From Octopus vulgaris (Eukaryota): a stretch of DNA of 64,000 bases. Both the position numbers and the translations under genes were made by a program. Below, one piece after another: positions 41,153 through 53,784 of this stretch. The notes beneath the pieces were generated by a model. The model was not told the origin of the DNA. It ran no database searches and saw nothing but the letters and a program-made list of their open reading frames with translations. Location of the stretch: positions 32,736,001 through 32,800,000 of the forward strand of contig OX597821.1 in assembly GCA_951406725.2 (NCBI GenBank), written 5' to 3'. Positions within the stretch are counted from its first letter, which is position 1; each line of letters opens with the position of its first letter.

Positions 41153-41884
41153 CCCTGAAATAATGAAAAGCAAAGTCTACCTTGGCAAAATTGGAACGAA
41201 ATGTTGCGTACCATTTTGCTAACAATTCTGTCAGCTCGCCACCCTAATATCATTAATAATATTGATTTTGATAATGATATTTTCATTTCTATACATCACA
41301 ATGAAACACACGTAAATATTTCTCTGAACTTATTGTCGTTCTGTTATTTCACTTTATCTACATTCGAATCTAAAAATAATGATCATCACTTCGTACCTAA
41401 TTAATTAACGTTAATCTTTTATATTTAGATCTAAAAGTACAACACATCAGCTACTTCAATGTTTACGATTCCTTATTATTCCTTTTCAACCTGCACTATG
41501 TTGGTTTGGTTATTTCCTTCCCTCCTCACATTTCTCAAGCTTTTATATTTATATTCGCTATTAAAATTTGCTACTCAGGAAAGAGGTCCTCCAGAAATGT
41601 TTGCATATGAATCTAACACAAAAATCCTTGCGTATTCATGCATTCATGTGGGTTTCTAATGACAGAATCATTGCAATGCCCTTTCAAGTATTCGCCTGAA
41701 TTCCTGGAACTTTTAGCTCACGCATCCGTAACAAGGTCAATAAAATCAATAAAATGAGTAACTATACAATGTTTATAAGTGCAGCCAGTCACTGACATGA
41801 ACAACATTCATCCACAGTTTTTGCAGCGCTTGAAGCAACCTATCGTTAAACAATCGCTATTACTGTTATGTTACTCCTTAAGAC

Positions 41885-42830
41885 AACGAACTGGTAGAAA
41901 CGTTAGCACGCCAGGTGAAATGCTTTGTGGTATTTCGTCCGCCGCTGCGTTCTGAATCGACTTTGCCTTTCATCCTTTCGGGGTCGATAAATTAAGTACC
42001 AGTTACGCATTGGGGTCGATGTAATCCACTTAATCCGTTTGTCTGTCCTTGTTTGTCTTCTCTGTGTTTAGCCGCTTGTGGGTAGTAAAGAAATAGGTAT
42101 TTCGTCTGACGTTACGTTTTGAGTTCAAATTCCACCGAGGTCGACTTTGCCTTTAATTCTTTCGGGGTCGATAAATTAAGTACTAGTTACGCATTGGAGT
42201 CGATGTAATCGACTTAATCTGTTTGTCTGTCCTTGTTTGTCTTCTCTGTGTTTAACCGCTTGTGGGTAGTAAAGAAATAGGTATTTCGTCTGACGTTACG
42301 TTCTGAGTTCAAATTCCACCAAGGTCGACTTTGGGCAATAAAGAAATAAGAAACGTTAGTACGCTTAGTAGCATTTCGTTCGGCTTTACATTCTAAGTTC
42401 AAGTGTCAGTGAGATCAACTTTCTCATTCACCTATTCGGTGTCGATAATACAAGTACCAGCGGAGCAATGGGGACGATTCAGTCGATTTGCCTGCCAGCC
42501 ACCCACACCCTAAAATTGCTGCATTTTGTGCTAAAATTTGAGGCCATTAAAAGCGGTGGGTGGGCAGAATCGTTAGCTGATCGGATAAAATGCTTAGTGA
42601 TATGGCGAGCTGGCAGAATCGTTAGCACACCGGGCGAAATGCGTAGCCGTATTTCGTCTGCTGTTACGTTCTGAGTTCAAATTCCGCCGAGGTCGACTTT
42701 GCCTTTCATCCTTTCGGGGTCGATTAAATAAGTACCAGTTACGCACTGGGGTCGATATAATCGACTTAATCCAATTGTCTGTCCTTGTTTGTCCTCTCTG
42801 CGTTTAGCCCTTTGTGGGTAGTAAAAAAAT
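41885..42830 (+). mobile_element. Cluster and tandem array of family A SINE units
   Basis: Units start at about 41885, 42097 and 42280 (partial), with degenerate pieces at 42350-42600 and a full copy at 42604-42828. Confidence 0.88.
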
Positions 42831-42956
42831 TTTTTAAATAAAAAAAATAGATATTAATGTTCCTCCACTTCTACTAATTGCATACCAAATAACCTTTCTG
42901 TCTACGGTCATCATACATCCCAAACATCTGAAATTACTGAACAATGTGATTTGTCC

Positions 42957-43011
<55 letters not shown>

Positions 43012-43227
43012 TTTCAAAATATAGGGTTAAATCAACTCTAATACATCAAAAATTTTCACCAAACTTATCATTGTCATTTTATTCCCATGCTGTTTTATTT
43101 CTGAAATATTGATACTCTATGTTTTTAACGAAGTAAGGTATATCTATTAGGTGTTTTAAATAATGGATGTATTACATTATAAAAGTATAGCACTGATGTG
43201 TAGTTTTCTTTTAGTTCGCCAATTAAC

Positions 43228-43648
43228 GGATCTTTTGAACGGCAGTTCTTAACATAATTTCTAGGCAACTAAAAAGTTTTAAACTTCGTATACTGGTAGA
43301 ATGTGTTTATAAAACATCTTTTTCTCTCAGCTTTATTGAGAAAATTCTATAGTTTGTAAGATATTTGTTGTTGTTTTTTCTTCAATTTCTGCAATTTCAA
43401 CCAATCAATGACGTGTATTGAGGTAATAAACATTCTGTGCCGTATGAATATGTCCCTCGTTTAAGAAACAGATTGGGTTTATTTACATTTGTGAAGAAAA
43501 AAAGATACCCTTCCCCCACCCCTAACCCTAACAAACCCTAACCCTAAAACAGATTGAAATGCAATAGATCGATACCAGGGTCATAATTATGGGTGACAAT
43601 TTCATATGACACCGCTAGAAAAAACTGCCGTTCAAACCGAAAAGATCC
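43228..43648. mobile_element. TIR MITE with GG termini and internal CCCTAA repeats
   Basis: GGATCTTTTGAACGGCAGTT ... AACTGCCGTTCAAACCGAAAAGATCC (the left TIR has a small deletion). Flanks CAATTAAC and CAGTTACC could be a decayed 8-bp TSD. Confidence 0.75.
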
Positions 43649-44284
43649 CAGTTACCAATATCTGCCCATTCTCTAAAGATATAAGCATATATAATGGCAT
43701 GTTCGTTGTCTAAGTTTTTCTTATGGTGACGAATATATTTGAAATTGAATTTTAAAACACTAAGCAATGAGGATACTACAAGCAAAAAGAGTTATTTTGT
43801 TTGATAAAAACTTAGAAATATAGGATAATATATATCGAAATCCATCTCCAGCATTTCCACAAAAATCTTCATCTAAATCTATGGGTTTATCAAAATCGAA
43901 GTCAAGTATTGTGGAGCGACTACCACAGTTAGTTGGATGTCTTTCTTACAATTCTTCGTCATGGTCGACATTTTATGGGTTCGTGTTACATGACCGACAA
44001 TAAGAGTAATTAAAGAACAAAAGTTTTCGATAATGAAAATAAATTGATGGGACTTGCATCAAACATTACTGCCGCAGTGCATTATTCTATATTTATTGAA
44101 CGCATTCTTCGTAAGTCATAAAACAAACATACAAGCCACAAGTTTGTGGCCTGTAATAAACTTAAGGCTGTGCACTGGTTAGTTTATTGTATTGTTACGA
44201 GAAGGATACATTCCTATTAATTAGTTTCGTTCAGTGATATTTTATGGTCGTTGTATGATCAATATATTGTTTTATATATATAAA

Positions 44285-44624
44285 TTCATACACAAAAGAG
44301 ATACCCGAAGAATAGGATATCTGACTCGCTAGAAAGAGCAGTTAAAACTCCAAGCCACCAATTGTTGTAATTCCGAAAGTGATTGGAAAATAAAAACTTT
44401 TACCACTTTCGGAATTACAACAATTGGGGGCTTGAAGTTTTAACTGCTCTTTCTAGCGAGTCAGATATCCTATTCTTCGGGTATCTCTTTTGTGTTTGAA
44501 CGTACACTGTATTCTTCTTTGAATAATATATGGTCTATTGACTAATTTTTTCTTTCTCGCTAGACCACTGGTAACTAAGAATTTTTCTATGAATATTCTT
44601 GCTACCCTAAGATTTTAATTAATG
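44285..44624. mobile_element. Asymmetric foldback insertion (arms 44285-44381 and 44404-44500, plus a 124-bp extension) with a 15-bp TSD
   Basis: TSD ATATAAATTCATACA at 44278-44292 and 44625-44639. Arms are CACAAAAGAGATACCCGAAG.../...CTTCGGGTATCTCTTTTGTG. Confidence 0.88.
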
Positions 44625-46898
44625 ATATAAATTCATACAGATAGAACGATAGATAGATAGTTATATAGCTAGATACATTCATACATACAAATACATATAA
44701 TGAATGTGTATAAAGATGTATATAAATCTTAACCTGCGGTCACCTTAATGACGTGAGCACATAGCAAAACATTTTTTTGATTTTTACTTGTTATAAAAAC
44801 AATTATTGTACCTGCATAGTGTGCCGCACCATCGTAGTCCATTTTAAGTAATGCGATGGAGAACACATGTTTCGAACCTGCCACTATGTTCATGATATTA
44901 AAAATCATATCAAGAGAGACTAAATTATAGAAACTGTAAAATGAGTTGGTTGATAGAGACACAAAATATATTTTCAAAATAAATGTTTGCTACAAAACAA
45001 AGAAAAACTTTTCAATTATACGAAACGATAAAAAGAATTTATAGCTGGGACTTACTCAGTTTGGTTTCAACAAATAAAGTAGTATTTCCGCAATAAAATT
45101 GATACAACTTGCATGGAATATAGTTATGTACAGAACGGTATCTCTCTCAAAGTGTACAAAACTAAATTCAATTAGATTTGGAAAAGTCAGATTTTTAGCT
45201 CGGTGCTTAATGAATAAACTGATATTGTTTCTGTTACTTCCATGTCTTTAAGCGTAGGATTTATTTTTCTCAAACCACGCGGAGGGATTTTCGACTCTCA
45301 TTCCTCGAAAAGAGAAAACAAGCGATAAAAATATTTATCAAGCTTAGAAGTGATTGAGGAAATAATGTAACTCTTCAAAAGTTAGTCTCACGTACATCAC
45401 TTAGTGCCTCAACAATGATAGAAATACAAATAGAGCTTTCTATTCTTTTTATATTTGTTAGTTTAAAAAGGACAACGTATTTGCCTCCTTCATAAATTAC
45501 AACTGCGTTATTCATCAAGTTCTATATTCAAAAGTTATAATTATGAGCACCACATGAGGGTCATTCTTAAAATCATAACTCTATACAACTTAAGTATCTG
45601 CGACACGGCCTGTGTAAGGTCCTTTTAAAGAAGTGTAAGCTGAGAATAGTGATCGCATTTTACACATACTGGCCTCTTATTAAATGCAAATTCCTTGCAG
45701 TTTTAAAAAGTTACTTTCTAAGTTAAAAACTGTTTACAGCAATGATGCGGATTTTTAACGAAATAAATTATCTAGTCTCGTTAGCTGTTAGATCATTTTT
45801 GAACGCTATTGCAACAAAATTTAATAATCTTAATCTTGAGTTTCTAGGAGAAACGAAATCTATTTCACAGATGGTGCATTGAGTAAATGCTGTTAAAATT
45901 GAGTTAATTCGAGAAAATCTGAAATAATTGATAGAACTTTGCGGCATTTTCTATGTTTAAAAAGGAAACTGCCCTTAGAGATTAGTACTACATTTAATTC
46001 CAATGCATAAACGATCTCCAAAAGATTAAGGATAACTTCAGGAGCCGAAAAGTATATAGAAGTCCAACTATATTTGCGAATCTGAATTTGTGACAGTTAA
46101 TACATTAAAATATAAAGATAGATATCAATGCTAGTTATTACATGAGAATTGCCATAACAAGATGCAAGACAGGCGTTCAAACTCACTCCAAAGAAATAGT
46201 CCCCTACATTACATAAAAGAAATTCCTTGACTTGTGCATGTATAAAACTACATACAATATGACTGTTTGTTTGTATATTCCTCTATCGCTACCTCTATTA
46301 TTACGGCATTGATGTATATCATTTTTATATATTAACAAAATATGGGGCCAATAGTAATTTGTCGCAAACGAATTGGTGCTCTTTGCATACAAAAGATCGG
46401 ACAACCTTTCTACAGAGAATTGTCAAAGATTACAACAGTCTTTTAAGAAACCTTCATTTGTGTGTGTGCTTCTGCGTCTGTCTGTGTGTCTCTGTGTGTA
46501 TGTGTTTTTTGTGATGTAGCTTGATACAGTAGCTCATAGTAACAGTTCACAGTTAATTTTCTTGACGAGAAATTCAGGTGAGAGAGCAGCATTTGATATT
46601 ATTGCACCTTATCCGAGTCCCGTGACAAAGATATATTACAGATAATGTTCAATTTATGTATAAGCCAGGAGCTGATAGAAAAAAATTAAGGAAATCATGG
46701 AAGCCTGCCCGAAAGACTAAATGCCATTCAAAAAGCCAGCTTTGACACATGATTTATATTGATCCTGCCTTTGGATTGTATCAAGAGTACACGGTTTTGT
46801 GGTATGTTCAGTTACTCTACTCTAATTCAATGAGTCGGTAGCTCATCTGTTAAAATAATCGAAACCCTCATAGCCGAAACCGATCGAGGATCAATTTA

Positions 46899-47430
46899 TG
46901 AGGGGTGTTCATTAGAGATTTCCCTTCACCTATTTCCCAAGAACTGGGATAAACGAAACTTGGCATAATTATTAGTCCTTCTCTACATAGCCACCATTAA
47001 TAGTGATACACTTCTCCCATCGCTTTATGCAGCTGTGAAGACCTCGTCTGTAGGAGACGGTAAGTTGCGTCGGGAGCCAAGACTTCGCTTTGGGAATAAG
47101 TTCATCCTCATCCGAAAGGTGCTTCGCCTTCAACAAAGACATCATGGTTGCAAAGAGGTGGAAGTCAGATGGTGCGGGGTCAAGAGAATAAGGGGGATGA
47201 GGAAGTATTTCACAGCCACAGAATTGTACTTTCATCTAGGCAGCATGCGCATTCTGAACTGGGGCATCGTCTTGGAGGAGGTGAACTTCTTTGGTTAGCA
47301 TGTTTTGATGGCGCCCCGAAATTTCTGCAGCAGAGACGCATAATGTGGCCCATCAATTGTGGAGCCCTTTGCAAGAAAATCCATCATCACTACCGCGCAC
47401 TGGTCCAAAAAGATTGTGGGATCACTTCCA
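46899..47430 (-). mobile_element. mariner transposase catalytic/C-terminal relic with right TIR
   Basis: LLQDDAP...EILPHPPYSLDPAPSDFHLFATM...GLHSCIKRWEKCITINGGYVEK. The end reads TA-TGAGGGGTGTTCATTAG. Confidence 0.88.
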
Positions 47431-48235
47431 ATGTAGGTTATAATCAATTCCTTTATCCTTAAGTCCTCATATGTAGTTGCTCAATCCCGTTGATTTTTTC
47501 CTATTTCTGTTTCTAAAGGTGTACCTATGGTAATTAAGCCTATGTTTCATATTGTTCTGGGTTGCTCCAACATATAGAGGAGTATATCGATTTGTATGAA
47601 TTTTTGGTTACATCTGTTTTCTATATGTATATTGGAGTACAAATCTAGTGCACCTTGGATATTACTCCATAGTTCTCGTTTAACTTTATTTTTTATCATT
47701 GGTAAATATTTATATATTTATCTAAGATTACTTTACTAAGCTTACCTATGTCATATTCGTTAGGACAAATTAATCTAACTTGTGTTTTATTTAGAAAATT
47801 TTCTTCGTGATCCTTAATCGCTACACGGGGTCTAATTGGAGTAAATGGCTCTGTCTTATCTCCTAAATTAAAATCCAACATTATATTTCTGGCTTCTAGG
47901 TTTATCTTCTTTAGTGCGCTATAACGGACTACCTTATACTTTTATTGTGATTTCTGTGTGGATGAGTTCGTCGTATATGTTAGAGTCGATATTATAGATA
48001 TTTCTAGTTTTGTCCGAATGCGTTAAATATACTGTACTTATTAGTAACTGACTCTTGAATGTATCGGCTTTCCTAGACATCTAGACCTTCTGTTGAAGCC
48101 TAGAGGCACACTCAACATCCAAACTCTATCCACCCATCACTGCAGAACACTGAAGAGATGGAGCTAGCATGGAGAATGTCGTGGCCTCTTGACAGAAACG
48201 GCCATAAGGAACTGATATTTTAATCTTTTACTCTT
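47430..48235 (-). mobile_element. Second PLE family: RT N-terminal relic with an inverted terminal piece
   Basis: Minus: HSDKTRNIY...IKDHEENFLNKTQVRLICPNEYDIGKLSKVILDKYIN, a PLE RT motif of the KDHKxNF...RLINP type. Plus strand at about 48170-48210 has a decayed HHR: TGTC(...)GACA-GAAA-CGGCCA-TA. Confidence 0.65.
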
Positions 48236-48327
48236 TTATGTATTACGGGTAAATATTTGTGTATTTGTGTAGTACACACTCCTTGTATGTGTCTGTATTC
48301 TTATAATACTCACTTTTATTTTGGAAT

Positions 48328-48452
48328 AAAAATGACGCCAGCGGGGTGGCGTCATTCGAAGGCTAAAACAATGCGAACGCATTGTGACCAGCGATGTGTA
48401 ACAACATCTGATGGTCTGGTCGGTCACGTGAAATCACGTGGTCCCGTGATTT
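48328..48452 (+). mobile_element. Multi-hairpin segment, probably a SINE/LINE 3' end
   Basis: Hairpins AATGACGCCA/TGGCGTCATT and ACAATGCG/CGCATTGT, followed by short CACGTG repeats. Confidence 0.5.
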
Positions 48453-48528
48453 TGGAATAAATAGACATAATAGAATGTCTATCGGCTAATGTATGTCATT
48501 TTTGTATCCCCTTCATTTTCTTTTTACC

Positions 48529-48611
<83 letters not shown>

Positions 48612-49924
48612 TATACATACATATTTGAAATAATGAATAGAAATCGCTTTTCTGATAATTTTCCCCTTTATATACATACATGCACATCTACATACAGAGA
48701 CACACACATACACACACACGTGCTTACACCCATACTCGTGAACACATACATGCATGCATACATACATACATACATACACATACATACATAATACATATAC
48801 ACACATACATACATGCATACATACATACATACATACACATATATACATAATACATACACACACCTACATACATACATACATACATACATACATACATACA
48901 TACATACATACATACATACATACATACAATCACTCACGCAGATATTCACATGTACACACCTACACAGATACACGCATTTACGCAAATGTCTGTTTGGGAA
49001 TATTGTTATGCACACACGAAACGACAAACTCATGTATATTCACAGATTTCTTAAAATACACATCGAAAGGAATGCTCCATACGTATGTATCCACCCCATC
49101 CCACTTTCTCTTCAAATTTTAGCCTCTCCAGACTCGAAGCTAGAAAAAATATGTCTCCTAGTTTGACGGTTAACGGCAAAATGACATAGAACAAAATAAA
49201 GATATTTGTGTTATCTTGTTTTCTTTCTTTCTGTCAATGAAGAATTTCTGTATCTCACACAAGTATTATGCACTAGATACATCTTCGTGTTGTTTGCCGT
49301 CAAAGATGTCAGATCTGAAAGGAAAAAGATCAGTCATCTAAGCTACAATAATTTTCAAGATCCACTTAAATGCTTCTCCTATTTCGAAAAATGTTATGTT
49401 ATAATAACCCCACTACCGTATTAGCTAACAACATCGACAAAGACATAATGTTTCTACAACACAAATATTGCTTTACCCCAAAGGACTAAACTTTCTGATT
49501 CTTTTCCTCATATACTTTTGTATTATTTTATCGAAACCAATGTGAAATTATTTTCTTTTATATTTTCTCAATATTTCTCTTTTGTTTTGAGGTTGGGGGA
49601 GTTGCTTTTTACAATTTACGAAAAACACATACATCCCTCGATGCCTAAGTATTTGAAAATCCAAAACAATCAAACGAAAACTTTCATAACAAACCAGAAA
49701 TAAAGTAATGCTGGAGGAAAGTCTGAAAAAATAAAGTGTTGTTTTCGAAGTTTTTAAATTTGAACACAAGCATGAACATGCATACATACAGATAGACACA
49801 GACAGACACATACAGACATACATGCATACATACATAGAGACATACATGCAGACATGCATACATACATACATACATACATACATACATACATACATACATA
49901 CATACATACATACATACATACATA

Positions 49925-50537
49925 CAAATACAAATATACAGCCACTCATAATAAAAAGGAATACTGGTGGAATGTACCAGTGAAGACCTCAATAGAATGT
50001 AGATACAACAGACATGATATAATGATTTGGGATAGAGAAGAGAAACTGTGCACAGTTGTAGAAATTAGCTGCCCAGCAGATGTTAACATAAATCTGGAGA
50101 TCATTGAAAAAGGGAAAACCTATGCTGAACTATTGAGAAATTTGTTGTTAGTCTATCCAGATTACAGGTTCAGGTATATACCTGTAATTAGTGGAGCCCT
50201 GGGATATGTAACACACTGTCTACATACCAATCTTGAAAAACCAGGCTTCTCAAAACCAGAAAGGAGAAAGTTAATTCGAAGACTACAGATCCAATCCATC
50301 ACTGGAACTGTAAAAATATATAAAACTTTCCAGAAGTTTATCATTTAAAGATATATGAGCATGTCTGGATATGTAACTATGTGCATGAGAATACATACAT
50401 AAAACATACATACTTACATATATAGAAAAAACAATACCTTGTTGATGCTGAAATTCCAATGAAGGTGCCTTGGATTTGGGTTAGAAACCGGTTCTTTCTC
50501 TATTGGCAAGAAATCTTGAAATAAACTGAATAATGAC
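49925..50537 (+). mobile_element. R4-like RLE non-LTR element 3' end inserted in (CATA)n
   Basis: EYWWNVPVKTSIECRYNRHDIMIWDREEK...VEISCP...K..Y..L...IPVISGALG* (stop at 50348). The 3' UTR ends AATAATGA-(CATA)n, and (CATA)n also lies upstream. Confidence 0.85.
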
Positions 50538-50637
50538 ATACATACATACATAGAGCGAGCGAGGCACGCAGAAATACATAAATGTATACATAACATGCAT
50601 ATACACATATATATGACTTATATATGCATGTATGCAC

Positions 50638-50674
<37 letters not shown>

Positions 50675-51108
50675 CAAACAGACAGAGATACATACATATT
50701 CATACATACATATACCTATAACATATACAGAAACAAACACATTCACATTGGTATATATCAGATACATACGCATACACAGACGCACATACATGTATATGTG
50801 GTAAGAAGATAGCAGCCCAAACACTACAATCCACGTTCGGTCTCACTGCGTAGAGTCGATAAAATAGACGGCTAGGATCCTGATCTTGCTTAACCTATAC
50901 CGGTATAAAGACGATAACCCCTGCTTCGTTTAAGGCTTTGCCAGTAGAGTTTCGTTCCATGCAATTGATGAGGGACACCAACATCGACCCTGTTAATTTA
51001 ATTTATTTGGTGAAGATAGTTTTTAACACAGTTCTATATTTAAGAGATGAGGAATTATGTACATTATTTACAATTGACGGATATTTGTCCTTATCTTCTT
51101 TGTTGTTA

Positions 51109-51152
51109 ACACAACGTTTCGGCTGATGTACCCTCCAGCCTTCATCAGGTGT
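51109..51152 (-). ncRNA. Minimal hammerhead motif (extra A after the core)
   Basis: Minus: ACAC - CTGATGA-A - GGCTG(GAGGGTACAT)CAGCC - GAAA - CG - TT - GTGT. Confidence 0.78.
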
Positions 51153-51331
51153 CCTGGGGAAATTTCGAACGTAGGTTCTCATTCCTAATTTATGTTTTGA
51201 TGTTATTATTATAATTATTATTACTATTACTATTATTATTATTACTACTATTACTATCATTATTATTACTACTACTATTATTATTATTATTATCATCATT
51301 ATTATTATTACTATTATTATTATTATTATCA

Positions 51332-51389
<58 letters not shown>

Positions 51390-51440
51390 TACTATTATTA
51401 TTATTATTACTACTATTATTATTATTATTATTACTACTAC

Positions 51441-51494
<54 letters not shown>

Positions 51495-51495
<1 letters not shown>

Positions 51496-51783
51496 CAGTA
51501 GTTTTATTTTTATAGCGTGCTTTCACTTCACTACCGAGCGCAGCTCTGTGTGCCTTGGGTATGTGCTGTGATTTGTTGTGATGCTCTGATGGTTATTGTA
51601 TGGAAAGTGTTCTGCGTAGGATGTGTGCAGTGCCTAGTAGTGCAATTTTCTGTATGTTATATGTGTTTGTAAGTCCTGGTGTTTTTGTTATGTATTTGTC
51701 TGAATATTTTTTTATCATGCCTAATGCACCTACTATGATAGGAATTGTTTCTGTTTTCAGATTCCACATTCTAGTTACCTCTA

Positions 51784-51784
<1 letters not shown>
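51495..51784 (-). mobile_element. Dong/R4-like element, heavily 5'-truncated, in (TAA)n
   Basis: Near-identical to 52088-52377: IEVTRMWNLKTETIPIIVGALGMIKK...LSIQ* plus the 3' UTR. Confidence 0.9.
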
Positions 51785-51850
<66 letters not shown>

Positions 51851-51873
51851 CATCATTATTATTATTATTATCA

Positions 51874-51913
<40 letters not shown>

Positions 51914-51937
51914 TACTATTATTATTATTATTACTAC

Positions 51938-51973
<36 letters not shown>

Positions 51974-51996
51974 TATTATTATTATTATTATCATCA

Positions 51997-52087
<91 letters not shown>

Positions 52088-52091
<4 letters not shown>

Positions 52092-53462
52092 TAGTTTTAT
52101 TTTTATAGCGTGCTTTCACTTCACTACCGAGCACAGCTCTGTGTGCCTTGGGTATGTGCTGTGATTTGTTGTGATGCTCTGATGGTTATTGTATGGAAAG
52201 TGTTCTGCGTAGGATATGTGCAGTACCTAGTAGTGCAATTTTCTGTATGTTATATGTGTTTGTAAGTCCTGGTGTTTTTGTTATGTATTTGTCTGAATAT
52301 TTTTTTATCATGCCTAATGCACCTACTATGATAGGAATTGTTTCTGTTTTCAGGTTCCACATTCTAGTTACCTCTATTTCCAGGTCTTTGTATTTTGAAA
52401 GTTTCTCCATTTCTTTTAGAGACACGTTGTCATCTGCCGGTATTGATACATCAATTAGAAAGCATTTTTTTCTTCATGATCTCTGACAACTATATCTGGT
52501 CTGTTGGCCTTAATTTCTCTATCTGTGTGTATCGGCATATCCCAGAGTATGGTTGCTTTCTCGTTTTCTGTGACCTTTTCTGGTGTGTGCCTATACCATC
52601 TTTTTTCTGTTGTTATTCCATAATGTTGGCATAGCTTCCAATGTATGTAGGTTCCAACTCTGTCATGTCTGTGAATATATTCCTTCTTAGCCAGGACTGG
52701 GCAGCTAGAGATAATATGATTTATTGTTTCTTGTCCATCTCCACATATTCTGCAGTTACTTGTAATATTTCTTTTCATTACATGTTTTTGGTAATTTCTG
52801 GTGGGGAGGCTTTGGTCTTGTGCTGCAATTAAAAATCCTTCTGTTTCTGCTTTGAGTCCTGAGCTTCTCAACCATTGCTGGGATTTTTCTTTGTCTATTT
52901 CTTTTGCGTTTAGTTTAGTGCAGTATTTACCATGAAGGGGCTTTTCTTGCTATCGTTTTATCATGGCTCGTTGCTGTTCCATTTTTAGTTTGGATTTCAT
53001 TTGTTTTATAGCTTTTGTTGTTTCTTCATCATCTTCTTCTTCTTCTTTGTGTTTATTAGGTGGTATGATTTCTTGTTTGTATTTGTCAGCTTCCTTAAAT
53101 ACTGAGAACAGTTTTTTGTTTTGCTCGTGTTTTGCTGCTATCTGGATCAGTTTTCCTTCCTTCTGAAGTAGGTATTTTTGCAGTCCTATGGTGGTTATTT
53201 TATAGTAGTTTTCCAGCTGTATAAGGCCTCTACCACCTTCTATACGTATAGTCTTTCTATGTCAGATTTTGGGTGATGCATCCTAGATCCTGTCAGTATT
53301 TTTCTTGTTTTCCTATCTATTTTGGACAGTTCATTTCGTGTCCAGTTAAGGATATTGTAGGTGTAACTTATAACTGGGACAGCTAAAGTGTTGATACCTA
53401 TTATCTTGTTTTTAGCATTGAGCTCTGTTTTTAGTATTGATCTAACTCGTCTATAATATTCT
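52088..53462 (-). mobile_element. Dong/R4-clade non-LTR retrotransposon, 5'-truncated, in (TAA)n
   Basis: ILKTELNAKNKIIGINTLAVPVISY...MHHPKSD...GGRGL...LHGKY...ETEGFLIAAQDQSL...CRICGDGQETINHIISSC...RHD...ANRPDIVVRD, with frameshifts and a stop. Confidence 0.93.
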
Positions 53463-53463
53463 T

Positions 53464-53519
<56 letters not shown>

Positions 53520-53680
53520 CATTATTATTATTACTACTATTATTATTATTATTATTACTACTTCTATTATTATTATTATAATTATTATTATTACTATTAT
53601 TATTATTATTATTACTATTACTATTATTATTACTATTACTACTATTATTATTATTATTATTACTACTATTATTATTATTA

Positions 53681-53716
<36 letters not shown>

Positions 53717-53784
53717 TCACTGTCTGGAATCGAACTCGGAATCTTGGGCTTAATAGCCCGTCAATTGTAAATAATGTAAATAAG

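Larger units (their letters stand above)
51200..53712. repeat. (TTA)n microsatellite tracts (51200-51495, 51785-52088, 53474-53712)
   Basis: Seen directly. Confidence 0.95.
51030..53778 (-). mobile_element. tRNA-headed, hammerhead-containing SINE-like element, split by (TAA)n expansion and two Dong-like insertions
   Basis: Head 53760->53712 is CGGGCTATTAAGCCCAAGATTCCGAGTTCGATTCCAGACAGTGACCTGAA. The body (51200->51030) carries an HHR. A 21-bp inverted repeat at 51060-51080 and 53758-53778 links the halves. Confidence 0.7.

Noticed and set aside
41885-42830. CRISPR-like regular repeats
   Set aside because: The units are whole SINE bodies with no unique spacers, in a eukaryotic context with no cas genes.
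44729-44977. Possible hAT transposase relic (MDYDGAAHYAG...CAH)
   Set aside because: Only one short motif resembles YDGA..M.G; too weak without a profile search.
50455-50500. ATGAAGG...GAAACCGGTT in the R4-like 3' UTR resembling an HHR
   Set aside because: There is no CUGA core and no convincing stem I or II pairing.
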